Source: Magallana gigas (lineage: Eukaryota). From it: a stretch of DNA of 64,000 bases. The notes below the pieces were generated by a model that searched no databases, had not been told where the DNA came from, and worked only from the letters and a program-made list of their open reading frames with translations. The stretch covers positions 12,090,001 to 12,154,000 of the forward strand of contig NC_088859.1 in assembly GCF_963853765.1 (NCBI RefSeq), read 5' to 3'. Shown here in pieces: positions 20,548 through 35,720 of this stretch (the first letter of the stretch is position 1; every line of letters begins with the position of its first letter). A program made the position numbers and the translations under genes.

Positions 20548-23225
20548 ACCTACATGGGACAAGATTCCATTAGAGGCATTTTTGTAAATCATTGGCGGTC
20601 ATGCTACAAGTGGCCAGGAGGGAATCTCACTTATTCGATTGATTATTACTTCTCAGGTAATCATATACATAAATCCCCCATGAAAGTAAAATTCAGATTG
20701 ATAGTTTTTTTGTTTTGATTTTGTATTGTGTATGTTTGAAATTTATTTCATTTATAAGTTTTATTTTTTTCATATTTATGTATTTGTATTTTTTGCTTAT
20801 TTGACTTGATTGAAATTGCCAGTGGACGGAGCTTGGAATACCTCCTCAAGCTTCGTGAGTGTGCCTGTCCGTGCTGAGGTAATGGGACCTGGTCGGGCTG
20901 GCCCCATTCATCACGTGTATGATTTCTTCAACTTCATGCCCTCACTTCCGGATGACGTCACGTCCGTTTTCGAGGTGTCAAAAGATTAAGTCTTTTTTTG
21001 CATTCGTATTGATTAAAAAAGTTATTAATAACTGATTAAAGTCATTGTTTTATTTTCTTATGATATATCAAGCTTCTACGTGTTTTTATTTTTTTTACTT
21101 TAGACTCCAAAAGGGGTTATTTGCCCTGGACGGATAAATACAGGCAGACTTCCCCAAATTCCATCTCAGTTTTACTACAGAGTGGAAATCATCAGCGAAA
21201 TCGTTAATTTTGTGACGACATATGATGTGAGCTAAATATTAGATTTAAAATCTAATGAATGAGTCATTCCTTTAAATACATCTGTAAACAATTTCAATCA
21301 CATGAATTTTTTTTGGGTCGTTAATCTTTGTCTTACTAGGCCTTTTTCATTTGAGATACATAATAAAATGTTTGATTGCATTGTTATAAGGTGTGGTATG
21401 ACGAAAAATACAAACTGATAAGGACAGACTATCGACCAATGACGTCAGCTCCTCCAACATACAACACAAACCCTCTAACAGAAATCCAAGATTTCAATGG
21501 AGGTAGGCCGCTTAATTTCGAATATTTATACATTAACAGGTGATTAGCCTACAAGTATGTCGATTTCTCTCATCATTAAAAGAAATTGCTAGCTTTAATT
21601 GAATTTACCACTTGGTAAAAGTTAACTTGTGTATGAAAACTTGTGTAGAAAAAATAAAGTGAAAATATTTTTCTAGTGATAATTAAAAATGGAAAATATC
21701 TAAGCTCTGGTTTTAAAAGAAGAAGGCTATGTACAATAAGAAATGTTGGTGTTTTTCATATCGAGACAAGAATTCATTCATATTTTTTAATAAAACGAAA
21801 ATTTTAAAAATTCAAGATTGTTGTCTATTTAAATGCTTATTCTAGTGCTACTGACTGCAATGTTTATGCAGAGATGTTTTTTTTTTCATAAAACATCTGA
21901 CAACAACAGATTTTAAGCATTAATTTTTTTATCGTTAATTTTCCGTGAAGTTGTGGTTAGCCTTGTAGGATGCCACTTGGCTTTCTCCTAAAACGCTCAC
22001 CAACTCTCACGAACGTATTTTGTATTTGATTTGTATTTCTAACTGTAAATTGCAATGAAAGTGTTCTTAAAATCCATATGATAAATTAGGGGGAAAGCTT
22101 AATTCTTTACACTTGATCAAGTTTACGCTGAATAAAAACTTCAAAACCAGTTAAAACGAAACAAAAGTTTGAACAAGTTGTGCTAAGTTGGTGAAATAAC
22201 GGTACATGGTATTCCAATAAAAAGCGATTTTTGGAGTTCCGAGACAAAAAATGAATGGAATCTTTAATTTTAAACTTTTAATATAACATATCTCCGTAAA
22301 TGGTACGACCGTTAATTACAGGTGTTCGCTACCTGAGCGACAACACCTATGGGAATTGCTCCGTGCTGTCCTTACCTAGCCAGTCTTTCGGGGCGGCAGA
22401 AAACATGACAGCTATGAAGACCAACGGATCATTCGTACTACACATCAAGAACCCGCTGCAGCTTTTCAAATTAGATTCCAATTTCACGTACGTTGGAAAA
22501 GTAAGTTAACAATAGATAGTCCTTTTCTAACAATACAAATAGTTTTGATATTCGTAAATAGGACCTACACGGCACCAGCTATCTATTTTGATCGTTATCT
22601 TTGCCGATTGTCATTTGAGGTTCACCTCTCTAAAAAAATAATCATGTATTATTTTAATAATACATGTTGTTGTTTTTTTTAAATGATTAAGTGGTGGTTA
22701 TGAAAAAAATATAATTGCAGTAAACCCCATGGCGGCAAAATTAAACAGAATTACTCGCTAATTTGAAAACTTTGCAGGAGAATACTAATGAGAGCTTTCT
22801 GTCATAAAAATGTGGCGTTTTCCTTTAGGTTCTTGAAACCAAGTGACATGTTCGTATTCTTTGCAGAGAAAATGTCGACAGATGTTGTGTGTTGTGTTCT
22901 CGGCCAAAAGACCATACTTAGTGGAAGGAATGGGAATGGCAAACGCGACCATCGAATTCTACTTTCTTGATGTATACAGTTAAACTATTTCAACAATTTT
23001 ATGCTATTTTAATCTTTGTAGTAAATGTATTCGAGGAGATGAAACTATATCTTTTTTGTAGTATTCTATCTTTTCTGAAGGCATTAATTTATTAACATGT
23101 TTTTTCTTCAAAGGATGCTTTCACTAATTACCCAAACAACGGACGGGCGGCTACCCGAGATGTCCCCGTTATGATGACCATCGATATTGATGATGTATGC
23201 AACATTTCTTTAGAATTTATGAATT

Positions 23226-23298
<73 letters not shown>

Positions 23299-26200
23299 GC
23301 CGACCGAAGATATCTCTGCAATAAATAAAATTTATATAAAAAGTTTTTTTAATGGGAGAAAAAACAAATTAATTAATGAACATGTACATTGTACAGGTAT
23401 AAAAATATTTAACACACTACATGGATCAACAGCATGCTCAAATAATTTTAGGTAGACTTTCATCAAGCAATGAATTTCATGGACTTTGATGGCAATCACC
23501 CGGATCTCTCAGTTTTTGATGTCTCCTCTTGTTTTTCACAATCTGCAAAAGTTCACTTTAAAGTCCGGTTCCCAGGCATGTTGTAACAGGTTTTTTACCA
23601 TACCCTTTCTTCCATATATATATATGTTTTAATTTTATCGATTTATATTGCAAGTAAACAGAAAATGAAATGGAGAAATCAAAGCATAGATTTTGCATTT
23701 TTTGGGCGATTAATATGAAATAGCCTTTATTTTAAAATTCTCTTACACTTAAAATATTTGCGTCAAAGTTATAAAACACAGAGTTCGCAACCGGGGGGGG
23801 GGGGGGTACTTTTTGGCAAAGTTATAAATAACCATAACCAAAAACCTTTTTTTTGGGCCTTTTTGTTTGTTAAGATTTTTTTATAAATGTACCCCCACCC
23901 CTTCCAATTTGTTTCAATTAACACCCCCCAATACTTTTACCTCATTCTCGTGTTATAGGAGTGCTGCAGCCCGCTCTGACGGACTCCTTTATCTACAATG
24001 CCAGGCAGCAGCTGGGGGAGACAATGAAGGTTTCTCCGATCCGTATCCAGGACGTCCGCGTGGAGTATGACATGGCCGATGTTTATGTTTTGGCGTCACT
24101 TCTGGATAGAACCTCACCCACAGGTTACTTGTTTTGAATTGAACATACCTTTGTTGTACAACTAGGACTGCGCACCAGTTTAAGCACTCTTCCTTCGTGG
24201 CCCCTGCATTACAATTTATATATTTTTTTAATGACTTTATTCCCGGCTTTTTTACATGTACATGTAAATCAAAAATAAGTATTCGAAAGCACAATGCACT
24301 CTATTCAAAATGTATACTAGTATTTAACAAATGTCCAGTAAATAAGGTTGTTAATTTATTTTTTTTAACCTAGCCCAGTTTACATTTACACGAGGGCAAA
24401 AGTCCGAGTACACAGACGATTTCATTTTCAAGAGCATTATTGACCCAGTGATGTGCGCCAAGCTGTGCGTGGAGTTTGACAACTTTACCTGTAACAGCTT
24501 CGATTTTTGTCCCGGGGATCCGCAGGGATCCTGTAGACTAAGCAGACGACATATTTCGGAAGGTTCCACACACCTTGTGAAGGGGGGTGGATGTGACCAC
24601 TTCTCAAGTATGACTGATTCAGTTACCAAAACTAATGATATCTCTTTCTCATTAATAACTCTATATTCATAGACATACCGATATTGCAACAGGCTTATCC
24701 AAGATTTCAAGTATCAAGGAAATATCTAACAGAGTTAACGTTACCTGTCGCGGTTTAAGAAATGTGCATACTGCAGTATGACTTGACAGAATGAAAAGAA
24801 GTAGTTAAAGATTTTTTTGAGATCAATGACAAGTTATATGAAGAATACATACAAGTTTTAGCGGAGAACTTGTCATGTAGGATTTACATTTTGGCGACAG
24901 ATTATAATTATGTGTTATACAGTGCCGCCATACTAAAACTAATATCATGACGACCATTTTTGTAGGAACTGTAAATGGGCCCGTTATGAAAGAAAAAGAT
25001 ATGAACGAAGCATACATGTTGCTGAAAAATGCGATAGTATCAAAGAACTTTTTAGTTCAGGTCATCATAGAAACAGTTCCTGTAAGTAGCAATTATAGGA
25101 GTTATAGAAATTTTAAGGCTGTAATTGAATTGTATTGAATTGTAAGATACATGTATACATACGTTGAATTTTATCAGTATCAATACTTTTCAATTTTTAG
25201 TTGACGACATTTGTTGGTGTGGATTTAACCATAACATATGGCAAGTCCTACTTTAGCTCACAATTAAGCTATTAAAAAAACTCCTTCCTTTCGGCATTTA
25301 ATTTCATTTGAAACCGGTATCTCTTTTGCAACTATGAATACCTTTTTGTAAAAGATTCAAAGATAAACCTCCTTATAATCAGTATGACATAAGCAATTAT
25401 CTTCAAATTGTTGGCATAAAATTGTTTTTGATCTTACAGGTTGGATACAGGCAGCCACTACCCCAGTTATCCAAAACTTCTTTTCCTATAGCCAGGAAAT
25501 AGTTATACCCCAGTATGGTCAAATATTTGTGTCAAAGGTACGCAATAAGAAACATTCTACATCTGTATTCAACAGTATTTACAATTTTCAGTGTCTGTGT
25601 CTATGATAACACTACGAATCAATTTTGTATTTACAGTCCAATGAATTCAAATACATGTAATGTATTGTTGGGGCGCAAGCGTTGTTTGCATAATTAATAC
25701 TCTAACATTTAATGTACAATTGGTGAACATTTAACTAATGTAATAAGGATTTATTCTTTGAATATTATGGCAATGTATGTAATGTATACGCCAATAAACT
25801 ACTACTACTTTGAATATTATGGGTTGATAATTTCGGACGGGGCGTGATCAAATCTATCATAAAGCCCTTAGGGCTGTATTGCCCTGACCAAAATTATCAC
25901 CTTATAATACGAAAAAAATGATTCCTTATTCAAAAACAAAGATATCTTGGTAGTTTAACTGTATGAATATTTATTTCATTTTGTTGAAGACTTGAGGTTA
26001 AGTTAACATTCTCAATTTGTTTTTAATAATTTCAGGTATGGTACAGTAAAGACTACAAGCTAGTGAGATATGATTTTCATAACACCAAACCTACATCGCC
26101 GTACTACTCTACCAATCCGATGACTATCATACACGACTTTAACACAGGTAAATGACACTGATAGTCAAAGGTACAGTATCATTAGATTTGGAACATATTC

Positions 26201-26742
26201 TCATTGGTCTGTATATCTTTCTCTGCCTGTCACTCTTTTTATTTGACTTTGCCAAACAACTTTAAAACTAGTCACTATATAGACTTCAAGTTTGGTTTGT
26301 TGAAAATCATAGCCAAAAGTCAATGTCACTTTAGGGTTAAGAGCGAACTTGAAGGTCTTTGAAATGTCTTTTTAACTGAATCCGCAAAGTGGGTGTGTGC
26401 ATATCCCACAAACACAGGACTAAATTAGAGCGTTTTATAATAATCATCCTGAAGCCGACAGTTGCCTTCAATGATTTGTATATGCATGATACGATGTTCT
26501 TTTTAAAACTTAGGAATTCAGTATGCATTGGACAGGTTGTATGAGAACTGTACAATCGCCGCTATAAAAGCAGGAGCCTTTGACAGCACTTTGGATTTTT
26601 CCGAATTAATCAAAGACGGATCCTATGTAGTAGCACTAAAAAACCCTATGGATATATTTCATTTAACACCACAGATGCGATTCATTGGACAGGTCTGATT
26701 TCAAAAGTTTTTTACATAAATAGCACGTTACCTAAATGTTTT

Positions 26743-26795
<53 letters not shown>

Positions 26796-29700
26796 ATTTA
26801 TTTTTACTTTTAGAGAACAGTTAGAGACTTTTTGACAAATGTATACGAAACAGTAATGAAAAATTTCACCATGCCTGGTTTAAACGGAAGCTTTACAGCA
26901 ATAATTGAATATTATTTCATCGTGGTAAGTCTTACACTAAACAAATATTCGTGTTCAGAGATTTTACAAACAGATATTCGTGTTCATAGATTTTACTATG
27001 TAATTTATCTCAGAGGTAGAATGTATTATGTAGTTAATACATTCTATTTACTATAGAATGGCTGGGTTGAAAGCGCCAGTAGTGACACTGGTGGAACACA
27101 ACAGTTTCTTGTGAAAACTGACATTATCATTGTTGAGGTAAGACAAATATCTCCAAATGGATTTAAATTTCTTTTTTTTTTAAACACTATCATTTTTCAA
27201 AACTTTGCCCTTGCAGAAAGCATTGGTCATTACAACAAATTACTTTGATTTTGAGTACTACGAACCCGACCTAACTCTGTTTGATGTAAAGAAATGTTTC
27301 ACGTCTACAGACCAACATACTTTTCAAGTAACCTTCCCAGGTACATATCTTCTTAATATAAATCTCATTACATTCATCTTTTGGTAAAATGGCATTGTAT
27401 GACATTAAATTACCGTATATGATTTACTTTCCAACTTTTTAATATTTGTTTTAATTCACCAGGAAAGTTTCACCCCTATCTGGATATCTACCAAAAAGTG
27501 TTTCAACTAGAGACTCTAGAAATGATGTCTAAAGCTACGGGTGCATCAATATTGCGCTTCCAAGAACTTTCACTCAATTACGATCCTTATAATGTGTACA
27601 TCTCAGCAACCATTTTAGGGAGACCCCCATTTTTAAGTATGAATTAATTTCGTCAGAATTTGATACCAAATGTTATTTTAAAAAGTGCATTATTTTATAA
27701 TATACTAGTAACGTTGTTATTCTTTTATTTGCTAAGCGGAATTTACCAAACTTTCAATACTTATGAAAAATCTCGGAAGCAATGCTGTCTATTCAAACCT
27801 GAACTCTGCGGAGGACTGCGCCAATGCATGTATATCCACCAATAAGTTTCCCTGTAACAGCTTTGATTTCTGTCCAGACTCTAGCAAGTGTTATCTAAGC
27901 AGTCAGCACATATCAACGGGAAAACAACCGTCAGCCAACACGTCCTGTCTACATTACACCAGTGGGTGCAGTTACTACTAGTATATTAGTATGCCTATGC
28001 TTACTATGCACCTCAAATTGTTATACAAAATATTCAATACATTTTTCATCGGTTTAATGACGAAAATATGTTAAGTAGGGATACATGTATCGAATGTAAA
28101 TCTATCGTACTGAAATCGCTGTGCTGAGATCACAGATTTTGAATCACGATAGTCTGACAATTAGACTTCCGTTTGTTGATAATCTTGAAGCTCTATTTTA
28201 CCAGAAACTGTCAATGCATCGGTATCACCTGCTCCAACCATGCTTGTTGCCTACAACAACTTAAAGAACGCGGTGTATTCTGGGGTGTTTAAGGTAGAAA
28301 TCAAAACCAGCAATTTTACGGTAAGGGATTTTTCTAATATGCGATACTTTTTTGCAAATGTTCATGTTATATGAGTATTTGTTCATATTGGACAAAGATA
28401 TAATAAAACGTCTGTTTATTTTAGATTGATTGATTTCATTTCAGAAGCTTTACACAGCATCCACAATAAAAGACACGATACCCAGACCCAGTGACGCCGT
28501 TCAGGGAGGTGGGACCATCCTTAATCAATCAATGAATCAACCTACGTGTAACAAAAATAATACTTTAAAATATCTCATTGGTTGTCGTTCACTTCTTGCC
28601 TCTATTTGATAGGACAGATGATGAAGCATTTCGCGGTGTTCAAACAGAACTGTATCATGGCGCGGAGCGATCTGTCCATTAGCGGTGTAGCGGTAGATGA
28701 TTGCGCCACGGAGTGTCTGATGGAGGAACTATTTGACTGCCAGTCTTTTGTGTACTGTCCAGGAGAGGGTCTGTGTCTCCTCAGTCGTCTCCACCCAGAC
28801 ACTAACCAAACTGTCGTACAACCACACAAGTTCTGCAACCTTTATACAAGTATGCCTTTAATTTTGCCGAATGTGAAATCATTTAAAGTCGAAGGAGGGA
28901 GGAGTGTCAATTTTTGTTAACTGTCAGATTTTTTCACGGTCAGCGAAGAATGCTATACCTTTAATTTTTGTTGATTTACAACTTATAAATAACAAGTTTC
29001 GTCATTTGTTGAGATTGAAAATCGTTAATTAAGGGAAATAATGAAATCTACGAAAATTCAGCAATCAGCAATAATGAATTAATTTCCATTTTCAGCAGAG
29101 CTTTCGCGTCATTTACAGTATAATTTAAAAACATAAGGTTATGAAAAACAAATCTAATATGTGTAAACTTTGCACACTCTAAAGAGTCTGTTTTTGTTTG
29201 CAACTTTTCACATCATTTCAAGGTGTGTATTGTTTTTATAGGACAATATCTGGATCACTACAATGCCAGACCAGGAGTGACATTTCCAGGAAATGCTGAC
29301 AATATCATTCTAGCCGTGCAAACTCCGAACATTTGCGCAAAACAGTGTACCGTGACGGATAACTGTAAATCGTTTGACTACTGCGCCGATACCAAGACTT
29401 GTAGATTAAAGAATACCCATGAACTGGACGCGCCCTCTGCAGTGCTCCAAGCAGCCCCAGACTGCAACCACTACTCACGTACGTACATTTAATCTTTGAA
29501 TTTTATTTTTTTTGGGGGGGGGGGGGGCTGGGGACTTTTCATATCTGCTATACCACAGATATATTTTTTTAATTATATAATAACGAATTCCATATCAAGT
29601 TTTCTGAGGCACATGTGTCCTTATTAGATTAAATAATAATAATTTTATGTCGACTTTTAGTAAGATATACACTTAATATGGATTCAATGTAAATTTGGAA

Positions 29701-32640
29701 TAAAGCCCTATACATGTAGTAGGTAATGATATATGGACTTGTATTCCGATAGCTTCTTCAAACGTAACAGATGTCGATATATGACACCAACCAACGGTCC
29801 TTTCTACCAAAATAGGACTTGACTTTAGTTTCTCACTACAAACACTCAAAAATATAATTGTTTTCGTGATAATTTGAATGAGCTTAATTTGAATAGCTAA
29901 AACCCAACAGAATGGTGTAAATTTTCAATGACACTGATCTGCTCCTCGCGTTCACAGGTGCTTGAGGACAGGATCGACCCGCCCCCCCCGCCTCAATATA
30001 TAGACCCCCAGGACTTTATTGTTCTTTTTTATTAAATTATCCTTTTCTGACATATTTCTAATCTAATTTATTCATCCATAGCCCAAAATTACATAAAACA
30101 AACATTTTTGAAAAAAAATCAGACCCTCTGTACATTAAATACAAGAAGGTTGCTAACTTCGTCTGCCAGCCAAGAGGCACTGCCGATGAATATTTGTTAA
30201 AATGTACTATCAAACTACATCTACCAGTAAAAACGGTGACCTCATGTCGTAGCCCGATAATTCCTTTCACTGAATATCTGCATGCCATGCCCGTGTAAAT
30301 ACATTTATCAGGTAAATAGGACAATTTTCACCGACAAGTAGCAAGTTTTGAACCGATTTATCTAGAACCAACGGAAGTGAGGTTTTATCGCAAGGAGGAC
30401 AACTCCGAGAGATTTATGAAATTGCATGGCAAACTCGAAAAAAGTACAATTCATAAGAAATTTGAATTCTAATCAAGCCGAGAAAACTATTTTATCGTCT
30501 TGGGAACTGGAAAATCTAAAAGAAGGCACTCATACTGAGTGTATTACAATGGAAGACATAAAAGAGAAAAAAATAAATTCTGTTACGAGTTATCTACCTT
30601 GCGATAAACCTTTACTTCCGTTGGTTCTAGATGGACGAAGTTAGCAACCTTCATTTATTATATATGTAGAGGGTCTGATTTTTTAAAAATATTTGTTTTA
30701 GGTAATTTTGGGCAATGAATGTATAAATTAGATTAGAAATATGTCATAAAAAGATAATTTAATAAAAAAAATAATAATAAAGTCCCAGGGGTCTATAATC
30801 GGGGCGGGGGGGGGGGGGGGGGCGGGTCGATCCTGTCCTCAAGCACCTGTGCTCGCGTTGATGAATCCCAATGTACGTTTAACATTTTTAAATTAACATG
30901 TTTGGGGGGATTATTGCAGGTTTACTCTTGTTTGCTAATGGTTGTGTTTTTTATGGGGTTGGTTTGTATTCTTGCATTATATTTTAAATTTTTTTTCGCT
31001 TTTGCAATATACTATCTTCTGTCGACAGGAAAATATATTGATGACTTCAAATTTGTGCAAGGGAAAGAAATGCACTTTGGGAAAGTGTTGGAATTCGATG
31101 GAGTGTCTGTGGATCAATGTGCTAAACTCTGTATAGAGGAGGAGAGTGTCAACTGCCAAACATTTGCTTATTGTGGGAACTATACAAAATGCAAATTGAT
31201 GAGTTCTACCCCAAAACACCTGGGACCCGGTTATATCACCTCTAGTGACTTTTGTAACCTATATATTAGTAAGTTAAAATTTAATTGAATTATTTATGAC
31301 GATGTACAAACGGTTTATCATGATACTACTTTATACATATATTTTACAGCAATTCGGTTCGGTTATTAGTTTTTAACAAATACCTTTAGTTAATAGATAT
31401 TCTATTTTGATAGTAAAAAATCTTGAAAATGAAATACAACAGTAGGAGTTGATCTGTCAGCATAGAGAAACTGAGATTGTTTGATTTTTCTATAGGAGTT
31501 TACAATCCATCATCACCAGTCCCTGGGAACAGTTCAACCGTTATCTACAAACAAACATCACAGCAGTCCCCCAAAGCAGATCTAGGTAACACCAACAAGT
31601 TTATTATACCCCCCGCAAACAAAGTTTGGGGGGGGGGGGGTATATAGGAATCACCTTGTCCGTCCGTCCGTCCGTCTGTCAGTCTATCCGTCTGTCCGTC
31701 CGTCTGTCTGTGCAATCGTGTCCGGTCAATATCTTCCTTATGGAGAAACATTGGAAGTTCTTACTTCACTTAAAGATTGCTTATGACCTAAGGATGTGTC
31801 ATGACCTTGAACCAAGGTCATTGGGGCAAGGTCAAGGTCACTGGCAGAAAAAATGCAAAATTCGTGTCCGGTCCATATCTTTCTTATGGAGAAACATTGG
31901 AAGTTCTTACGTTGTTAACGGAAGGATGCAAATGTCCTCATGCATTAACAGTTAACTTAAAATAAAATGGAATTAAAGGATAGAAATTGGTTTGTTTACT
32001 CCTATTAGCATTAAAAATAACAGTTTTAAAAAAGAGAGCAGTTGTTATTTATAGAAAATGGACAGTGAAATAGATTCATCCAATATTTTCTATAATAGCA
32101 AAAATACGTGCGTTTTGATTTTTTTCTTAGCGGGGGGTATCAATTGTGAGCTTGCTCACAGTACCTCTAGTTCACTTTTATGTATGTTAAATATGTACTT
32201 GACAGCTTTTTATTTAAATCATACAATGTTATATATCAATGTATGCCATTTCTTTTCTTCAGTTTTAATATTATGGTCTTAACTGATGATATAAGAACTA
32301 ATGATAAAGCTTGTGTTTTTTCTCAAATACTAGTATAGGGATTAGTTTGTGGTGCTACTGAAACTATATCGTAAGAACTTTTATATGACAAGTGTTATAC
32401 TTTAAGTAAGAAGCGTATTTCGACCTATAGTTTTACGTTGTAAGAACTTTATGACTTCGCAATAATTACTAAGAATTAAATTGTAAAAATTCATTGTTGA
32501 CAGGGCTTCTGATGGGAACATCTTTTGGAGGACTAATTCTTGGCCTCGTTTTCGGAGGGGGCGTGGTTTATTTCTTCCGGAAGTACAAAAGGAAAGACGA
32601 TCACATGACTATGAACATCTTAGAAAACGAATCTAATTAA
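20548..32640 (+). CDS. Large type I membrane protein with repeated beta-rich (ependymin/LolA-like, inferred) modules and five PAN/apple domains; 5' end missing
   Basis: 27 phase-compatible exons: 20548-20656, 20823-20974, 21104-21226, 21391-21502, 22322-22500, 22867-22971, 23114-23194, 23452-23575, 23959-24123, 24374-24607 (PAN1), 24966-25081, 25201-25240, 25440-25537, 26036-26147, 26514-26692, 26814-26924, 27057-27137, 27217-27340, 27463-27636, 27737-27961 (PAN2), 28205-28320, 28445-28508, 28613-28849 (PAN3), 29242-29478 (PAN4), 31029-31268 (PAN5), 31496-31585, 32504-32640 (TM helix GLLMGTSFGGLILGLVFGGGVVYFF then RKYKRK, stop). PAN signature C..C....C.SF.(F/Y)C....C.L. Confidence 0.85.
23232..23297. 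repeat. (GA)n microsatellite
   Basis: Perfect run in an intron. Confidence 0.98.
26747..26791. repeat. (TC)n microsatellite at an intron polypyrimidine tract
   Basis: Perfect run just upstream of acceptor 26812-26813. Confidence 0.98.
29953..30851. mobile_element. Non-autonomous foldback-like DNA transposon, ~210-bp TIRs starting CACAGGTG, 8-bp TSD (P- or hAT-superfamily)
   Basis: TSD CTCGCGTT at 29945-29952 and 30852-30859; long imperfect TIRs; inserted in the intron between PAN4 and PAN5. Confidence 0.88.
31602..31910 (+). mobile_element. 3'-truncated HINE fragment
   Basis: TTATTATACCCCCCGC...GGGGGTATA hairpin, (GTCC/GTCT)n microsatellite, start of a ~146-bp repeat with CAAGGTCA motifs. 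Confidence 0.75.
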
Positions 32641-34488
32641 ATTCCCAAAATCTCACGTTTCTTGAAATTGGAAATCAATCTGAATGCAGGATTCAAGTGA
32701 ATTGAAACTATTTTAATAGGAGAAGTACGATTGTTGCATTTCAATTCTCCTATTGAGTACAATATAGTGACCCTTGGCGTTCAGGATTTTTACGTTTGTA
32801 TCATTACATGTACTTGCATTGACAAACAGGTTTAATTGTATAGGTGCTATAAGTTTTGAATTTATGGTTGCTATGTTTCTTATTACTATCTTTCAAACGA
32901 TTTGTTGATTTTCATGTATATATATTAACATTGAATTAAATCATTCCACAATCTAAATCCCCTGTGTGTGATCTAAATTTTAATAACATAAATGATAAAT
33001 AGCATTGAGGTAATGTACAAAGTATTAAAACAGTGGTTCAACTTACGTTTAAATGATTTCGCTCACTCGAACGCAGAGAATCAAAATGAAACTATATTAT
33101 AAAGTAAACGTTTGTAAGATGTTTTGAAAAAACCTACATTTCCATCGCGTGTCCATTTATATGTAGAAGCTGTACATAGCTTTGATATGAGAAGAAACAT
33201 TGACTAGTGCTTCAATCCTTTCATATTCGAGATTTTTTACTCAATTTCAAGAAAAATATGTTGGTATATAAGTTGTAAATCAGATAAGGAAACCTTTGCC
33301 TCTGTGTTTCTTTGAACAGTTTTGATTATTCTTAAATTTAACTTTTGTTAACTTTTAAATAATGCATCAATTGATGACCTGAAAATAGCTTGCCTGTGAG
33401 ATTTGACCCGTACAAACGTGACTAAGTAAAATAAACGGTAGGTTCTACACGTAAACAATCAGTTGTGTTACAAACGTGTTTGCCCAACGCTTTGCTACAG
33501 ATCGTTTAATGTACCGTATATCTGGTAATGTTCGTGATGATCTATTGAATATGCAGAAATTATATCTTGTATCATTTTCTATAAGAAACTTTTTCAGTCG
33601 CAAAAAATGACAAACACAAATTAAAAATGTTTCAGATTTTCCCCATTTTCGCAAAATTTGTGACACGCGAAATAAAACGGATACACGCGTATCATATACA
33701 TGATTAAAAATGTAGCATTAAAAAAACACCAGGTTAATGAGATGAAACTTAAAAATGTGCATTGTTTCATTAATTTTATTTATTTCACATTTTATTATGC
33801 ATAACATTTATAAGACTAGTAAAAATATTTTCAAAATTTTCAAATAAATGATAAGGGAAACATTGTACAAATAATTCAATGTACATGAGTGAAAAATGAA
33901 TATCTGAATGAAATGAATCTATTATAAGTTTATCTGGCAATTATCATTTTTGCTTCATTTGTTCGACAATAGCATGCGGCAGAATTCCTATATCACTGGA
34001 CTCCATCCTGAAATGTCACCGACTCTGTGTTTATAGAGTGTTTTAACATTAAGAGGTTTCGTCAACGTAAGAAAACACCACAGAATCGACAATTTTCCAC
34101 ATGAGGCTGTAAACGACTTTGGGAACTCGGAGTCAAGGGTCTTCCTTGAATTATTTAGCATTTCATGCTGGTAATGAACTGATCGTCTCTTCAGTGTACA
34201 TTGTACATTCCCAATGAATCAGTAAAATATGAGTAAGTTGAAATGGTGGACATTTAAGTTCATCCTCTTCATAACGCATATTTTGCAGTGATAGAACCCG
34301 TACAAAAAATATATGAACGTTCTGTTTTTATCCATGCACGTGCCACTCGATGCGTGGATAGTTTGGAAGGAACGGTGAAAAATCCAACAACACTAAAATC
34401 GCCGACAAATGCAATCACTGGACATGTACCGGTAATTCTTTATGGCGGTAGGACCAGGACCAGTGTCCGTGCGTTAGTCGGTGAATGA

Positions 34489-35720
<1,232 letters not shown>

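Noticed and set aside
30426-30644. Transposase fragment in the foldback core
   Set aside because: No THAP, DDE or other recognisable motif
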